Below, piece after piece: positions 57,968 through 64,000 of a DNA stretch of 64,000 nt. The DNA lies in NCBI RefSeq assembly GCF_000372725.1, contig NW_005201792.1, forward strand, positions 41,452-105,451, in the 5' to 3' direction. The notes beneath the pieces were generated by a model that searched no databases, was not told the origin of the DNA, and was given only the letters and a program-made list of their open reading frames with translations. The number at the start of each line of letters is the position of its first letter. The first letter of the stretch is position 1. This DNA is from Emiliania huxleyi CCMP1516. Taxonomy: Eukaryota. The translations under genes were made by a program, and so were the position numbers.

Positions 57968-59575
57968 TCACGCGCACGACGGGTCTTCGAATTCGGCGAT
58001 GAGGCCGCGCCGCCGCTTGTGGCCAATGTACAACCCGCGGTCCTGCGGCGGGATGCGCGTGCCGCAGAACCATTGACTAGCGTGCTCGCGGAAGCAGCGG
58101 CGGAGCGGGCGCAGCAGCGCGTCGCGCAGCCGCCCCTGCGAGAAGGTGAGGCCGCGCTCCTCGGAGAGGTGGTCGTCCCGCACCTAATCTCGGACGAGCT
58201 CGGGTCATCTCGGGAGGAGCCTCGCTCCTCGTAGAGGTGGCCGCCCCGCACGTCGAGCCGCGACAGGGCGCCGTCGAGGTCGATCAGCTGCTGCATCAGC
58301 CGGCCCGACTCGGCCGTCCACCCGCCGTGCCTAATCTCGGGTGATCTCGGGTGATCTCGGGCTGATCTCGGGTGCCCGACTCGGCCGTCCTCCAGCCGCC
58401 GCGCCGCAGCAGCGACGCGGAGCAGCGCGAGATGTGGCGCGCGAGCGGGGCCTCTATGGCGGGGTGCAGCACCACCGCCGAGCGGAAGGCGGCGAGGCCG
58501 GCGGCGGAGAGAGTTGGCGTGTGCTGCACGTCCGGCAGCTCCGAGCCTCGCTGCGCTGCCACGCGGCGCGTGAGGGCGCCGGTGCTGCCCGCGACCTCGG
58601 CCAGCCAGCGCGAGTAGGTTTGGAAGCCAGCGAGCAGTCGGCCCAGCAGCGCCTCGTCTGCAGCCGCCTCCTCGCCGTCGCTGCCGCCAGGAACCGAGGC
58701 GGAGGAGGAGGCGGAGGAGGAGGCGGAGGCGGAGGCGGAGGTGGAGGCGGAGGCGGAGGCGGAGGCGGAGGCGGAGGCGGAGGTGGGCGGGAGGCGCCCG
58801 TATGCGACCGGATGGATGGTTGCCCCGAGCGTCTCTGCGCACTCGAGCTGCAGCAGCTGCAGGCAGCGATAGACCAGCTCCCAGTCGCGCCCCGTCAGAA
58901 TACCTACAGGAGAGGCCATTTCCAGGCTCCTAGACCTCTCCTTGAGCAGGCTCCCCGTCTCGCGGCCACTCGGATGCCCGCGAGCTTGCGCGCTTGCCCC
59001 CCGCGGCCGTCGGGAGCCTCGGGCCGCCTCTCCCCACAAGCCGGCTGCAGCAGCAGCTCGAGCCGGTCCCACCCCTTTTGCAGGTCGAGCCACCGCCGGA
59101 GGGGGAGCGAGCGGACGCCCCACGCGTACTGCCAGAAGGCGAGATACCGTGGCGGCGGCGGAGAGAGCGACCCAGCGCCGCACGGCCGGCGAGGTGGTCG
59201 GCCGGAGAAGCGCGGGTCCGCCGCGCGCAGCGCGTGCCACAGCGCGTCGCTCGAGGCGGCGCTGTGCCACTCGCGGCCAACGGCGCGGGCGACGCAGAGG
59301 TCGGCGGCGGAGTGGTGCGCGAGCACTGCGAGGAGGATGTCGCCGGGCCACTGCCACTCCCATCCCGCGCTCGCCTCGGTCGCCGATTCCAGAGCCACAG
59401 CCGCGTCGTCGCATGGAGCAGGAGATGCTGCTCTCGATGCGCCCTCGTCGCTGACACTGAGGGCATCAAGATCCGCATGCCAGTCGCGTGCGGGTGCGGG
59501 CGGTTGGTCCTCGCTTGGCAGCTGGTCCGAAGACCAGCGCCAGCCCGGAAAGGCCATCGCGAGGCCGCGCGACAT
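57968..59575 (-). CDS. F-box protein
   Basis: WPGDILLAVLAHHSAADLCVARAVGREWHSAASSDALW. Introns include 58331-58404 and 58184-58251. Confidence 0.8.
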
Positions 59576-59676
59576 GCAGTCGCCTGGCCTGCAACAGCGG
59601 AAGTTTGTTTCTTTTTTCTCCCCCGCACCCTGCTCCCGCTACTCCACACACATCGCGCCGGCTGCCAGGTAGGTGT

Positions 59677-60612
59677 ATGCTACCTCTCATGGCTGGCACA
59701 CTTTCCTCGGCCGCCGCGCTCGCGTCCGCCGCGTCCCCGGACCGAATCGTTCTCATCACCGGCTCGAACAAGGGCATCGGCAAGGAGATTGCGAGGGCGA
59801 TCGGGTCTCTGCCCGACCACACGGCCGTGCTTGCGTGCCGCGACGCGCAGCTTGGCGCGGCGGCCGCCGCCGAGCTCGCCGCCGACGGCTGCAGCGTCGC
59901 CTTCAGCCGCCTGGACCTCACCGATGCCGCCAGTATCGCGGCGACGCGCGACTATGTCGAGGTTTCGTTTGGTCGGCTGGACGCGCTGGTCAACAACGCG
60001 GCCATCTGCTTCAACGACCCGACGCTCTACGGCAAGGTGCCGCACACGCCCTTTGAGCAGCAGGCGCGCCTCACCGTCGAGACAAACTACTTTGGGTCGC
60101 TCGCCGTCACCGAGGCGATGCTGCCACTGCTGCGCCGGTCGCGCGCCTCGCCGCGGGTCGTCAACGTCGCGAGCGCCGCCGGCCGACTGCGCGGCTCGCC
60201 CGCCATCCAGCGCGCGATCAGCGACCCCGCCCTCACCGTCGCCGCGCTGGGTGCGCTGATGGAGTCGTTTGTGAGCGCCGCAGAGGAGGGAACCCACCTC
60301 GACGCCGGCTGGCCAAACACCTGCTACGGCGTCTCCAAGCTGGGATTGATTGCACTGACGCGCGTGATGGCGCGCGATGAGGCGGCCGCCGCGACACCCG
60401 ATGGGCTGGCGGTGAGCTTCGCCTCGGTCGACCCTGGCTTCTGCGCGACGGACCAGAACAACAACCAGGGCCACGTCCCCGCTGCGCAGGGCGCAACGAC
60501 AGCCGCGACGCTGGCCGCGGCTGGTGATCAGGGTGGCGGAGCCGGCATGAGCGGGCGGCACTTTTACGAGGGGAGAGAGATGAGCTGGACGTACGGCGTG
60601 CCGCTGGCCTAG
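59677..60612 (+). CDS. Short-chain dehydrogenase/reductase, carbonyl reductase (CBR1-like)
   Basis: ITGSNKGIG, LVNNAA, ETNYFG, VVNVAS, YGVSK, VDPGFCATD. Confidence 0.95.
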   Translation: MLPLMAGTLSSAAALASAASPDRIVLITGSNKGIGKEIARAIGSLPDHTAVLACRDAQLGAAAAAELAADGCSVAFSRLDLTDAASIAATRDYVEVSFGRLDALVNNAAICFNDPTLYGKVPHTPFEQQARLTVETNYFGSLAVTEAMLPLLRRSRASPRVVNVASAAGRLRGSPAIQRAISDPALTVAALGALMESFVSAAEEGTHLDAGWPNTCYGVSKLGLIALTRVMARDEAAAATPDGLAVSFASVDPGFCATDQNNNQGHVPAAQGATTAATLAAAGDQGGGAGMSGRHFYEGREMSWTYGVPLA

Positions 60613-63216
60613 GGCCCGATGCGGCGTTTTGTAACTTTTTGTCTCGTGAAGGGGAGGCAGGGGGCGCGTGCCGCGTGTAGGAAACGTGGGCAAACGACTC
60701 CTCGAGGCAAACTCGCGCTCCGACCGGAGCTTCAGCTACGATCGAGGGGTCCGTACCATGCCATGGGCATGGCATGTGCGGACTCGACCCTATATCCAGT
60801 TAGTTACCACTTACGTACCAGTTTTAGTCGCCACAGTTAGAAACGCAGTGTTGCTGAGCAACGAAATTGTTGTGCACTCGCACATTAGGCAGCTCAAGCG
60901 GCACGGAGTTAGCAACGCCGAGGCAATCTGCGGCACCTACATAAAGAAGCTTTGGGCAACGCTTGGCGAGGAGTGGTCGTGGGGGAACGTCCCAAAGATT
61001 GTGGCCTCTGGGCCGGCGCGGGGCCCCCCGGAGGCACCGTGCGCCGCGCCGCAGTGCGGAAACGGGGCTCCGGCTCTCAGAGTCTCTCAGAGCACCGACT
61101 TCCCGAATGATCACGGTTGATCAGAGGGCAGATTTGGAGAGATCTCGAGGAGTACATACAGATAGACCCTCCAATCATCAGAAAACTCCAACCTGATCGG
61201 TCGTACTGACCGCCGACAGATCACTCCAGACAGCAGACAGGCCGACGTCTGCACGCGGCCGGCCGGGCGAGAGGCTTGACACGATCCGACCCTGCGACCC
61301 TGACGCTGCTGCTCTAGCCATCAGCCATGCACTGCTGACTGCTGCCACAATGTGCGACCTGTGCTGGCCCACTTGGCGGCCTTCCCGGTCAGTGGTGAGG
61401 CGCAGTTCAGAGCTGTCGATGGCGCGATGCCGCACTGGTCCCACATTGGTGACACGAGACCACCAAGTTTGCCGGTCCAAGAGAGAGGCACCGGCGCTGT
61501 CCTGAGAAGGTGCGTGGTCCCTCTTGACTGCCCATGCGCGCGAGGCTGTGTAGGCATAGCCTCGAGAGTGCCAGCAGCCAATCCGAGGTGACGCGCATTG
61601 CGCCAGAAGCGTGCACACGATGGAAGGACACCTTCCTACTGACCGTAGGATCAGGTCGTCACTGAATGCTTGATACTAAGGCCGCGAGCTATGCAGGTGA
61701 TCAATTGTGCATCATGGCACGGTCAGCTGCGCCGACAGGCTGTCGCAAGGCGTGATAGCATGGCCGCCGAATTCCCACGAAAACAAGTAAAAAATCGCGA
61801 AAAAATCGCGAAAGAAAAAAATCCCGAAAAAATCGGCGCCTGCGGCGGGCCATGGGATCCCATCTCCCCCCCGCATGGACACCCTCTGGGGCCCCCGCGC
61901 CGGCCCAGAGATTGTGGCCGAGATCACCACGAGTCCAACGAATGCCGGACGGTGTGCAACGACATCCGCCAGGCGTCGGTGATTGTTTTTGAGGAGGACG
62001 AGAACACACTGCCAAACTTCAAAGATATCTTGCTCACCGTTATTTCCAAGGTTTGCGGCTACACGGGTCCTGAGCCAGGTGCCAACAAGCAGTACATCTT
62101 TGTGCGCGACCAGCGCCAGCTCGGTGGCATCGAGCTTCGAGGTCGTGGACGGCAACGGTCGCGACGTCAACAACGTCGGTCTGCTCCCGGGCGGTGTTAT
62201 GGCTGGCGGCGGGCAAGCCAAGGAGTCGCTTTGCTTCGAGTCGCAGGTTACGCATAAGTTCTACCCGGGTCAGCCTGTCACGGTCTCACCACGCCATTTT
62301 GGTGACGAGGGCCGCTCGCCTGCAGAGGGGACGGTGGTTCGCTACAGTACAGTGCGAGGCGTGGCGATAGAAATCGGGGCGTCGGCATCCAGCAGCCGAT
62401 TTCTGTTTCGGCGAGGGAAATCGGGCAAGCCAGCAGCCGATTTCTGTAAGCGATTTCTGCCAAAATTTTCTTCGGCGCTGCGCGCCGGTCACTATACGGT
62501 CTAGATACTAGTACACTAAAAGGTTGCCCTGAGATACGAATTCAATCCTCCCGCTTAACCTTTATTTCGTGTGTGCGTGCTCGCTCGTGCCTCGTGCGCC
62601 GAACCAAGTTCTGCTTCAACAAACCCGTCGAGAGGCCACGTCACGCCGGTGTCCCCTTTTTCTGCATCTTTGTGAGTGTGGCAGCCCACTTTGCCAGTCC
62701 CTAGAGGTGTCTTTGACATTTGACTTCGATGTCTGGTGGGGGACGATTTATGTCTGGTGGGGGACGCACGCCCGCGCACGCGCGCGCACGCCCGCGCACG
62801 CGCGCGCACGCCCGCGCACGCGCGCACGCCCGCGCGCACGCCGCACTACGCGGCACTGCCCAGGTTCCCTCACGCTCAGATTCCCTCACGCTCAGATTCC
62901 CTCACGCTCAGATTCCGTGCAAGGGGGTGCCGAGGTATGCCGCAGGCCGGGATGGAGTGAGATCTTGCGGGGCAGGGCGTGGGCTAGCGCGTGAGGGCGC
63001 AGGCAAGTGCCCGAGGGTATGGGGGTGGGCGCCACCCTGGGGCTACCCGTAGCATTGTCGGCTCAGTGATGGGTATCCCTACATCCTCCCGATTCACAAT
63101 ATACAAAAAAGAAATTGCGGCGTCGTGCTGCCGCTCGGCCTCGGGCCCGCTGCCAGGGCCCAGAGCCGAGAGGACCGAGAGGAGTTCGAGTCAGGTTCGA
63201 GTTCAACCGCTTGGCA

Positions 63217-64000
63217 ATGTTGAGCGTGTGTGCGCAGTGTGCGCTAATCCCTTCTGGCACGCCGGAGCGAGTGTGGGCAATCGGCGACCTGCATGGCGAC
63301 GTCGGCTGCGCCCTACATTGGGTGGAGCGCACGGGGCTGCTGCGGAATGCATCGTTGCCAGCGGCGGAGTGGGAGTGGACAGAGCCGTCGAGCCAGCTGG
63401 TGTTCTTGGGCGACTACATCGACCGGGGACCGGACTCGAAAGCCGTACTCACCCTGGTGCGAGAGCTAACTTTGCGCTTCCCTGAGCACGTGCATGCTCT
63501 CCTCGGAAACCACGAGCTGAACCTCCTTCTCGACCGGGCGAGGAGCCCCAGCGGCGGCCGCTACCTCGAGTACGCCTACGCCGCTGCTCACCCGGCGCAG
63601 TACGAGGCGTGGCTGCCCGAGGGTGAGCGGACAGAGGACCTTGACGGGGTGCTGCGCTCGCTCCACGATGCGCTGCTCTCCGTCTACAGACGCGGCCTGC
63701 ATGCCCAGGGCGTGCCGATGGCGCCCGACGGCCCGTCCCAAGGACCTTGCAGGAGCCTTCTGGGAGCCTTCCTACAGGCGTGCAGATGGTGCCCGACGGC
63801 CCGTCCTCGATCGTCGAGTTCGTGCGCCCCAAGGCCGCGCGCCCGCGCGTTGCAGACGCCCTCCGCCGTTGGCAGCGTGCATACATGCGCGGCGTGAGCA
63901 GCGACTCCCCCCTCGGCGAGTTCCTGCACCGGCCTCTCTCCGTCCACCTGGCAGGCGGCTTGCGCGGCGGGCGGTCGCAACGGGGATGAGCCGAGATGAG
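63217..64000 (+). CDS. Calcineurin-like metallophosphoesterase (Shewanella-like phosphatase type), partial
   Basis: GDLHGD, GDYIDRG and GNHE motifs. Intron 63710-63777; runs off the window. Confidence 0.9.

Noticed and set aside
63160..63210. tRNA-like GGTTCGAG motif
   Set aside because: Part of a short GTTCGAG repeat with no acceptor or anticodon stems.

Overview
GC-rich eukaryotic genomic DNA. Its GC-donor introns, 10-11-mer intronic minisatellites and gene content resemble a haptophyte such as Emiliania/Gephyrocapsa huxleyi (inference). About 15 recognisable host genes, most intron-containing: fibrillin-like, BRD10/KIAA2026-like bromodomain-DDT, RRM-CCCH, cytochrome b5 reductase, DUF829-ankyrin, UDP-Gal transporter, PPR, LRR-kinase, TIR-like membrane protein, OPT/YSL, flavodoxin-like, chalcone-isomerase-like, F-box, carbonyl reductase and a metallophosphatase. 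Between them lie many mobile elements: a 3.5-kb TIR element encoding a Ulp1-like protease (two near-identical copies across an assembly gap), four MITE-type elements with clear TIR/TSD, a nested 1.8-kb TIR element whose empty site occurs elsewhere in the window, a CRE-like RLE retrotransposon relic and stacked retroelement 3' tails. The most striking signal: many introns start with a diverged copy of the next exon, or carry the same sequence across both junctions, and several are filled with CCGAG-core minisatellites. This suggests recurrent intron creation by local duplication, including a probable GA-AG intron. All splice sites are inferred from reading frames and protein motifs, not from transcripts.
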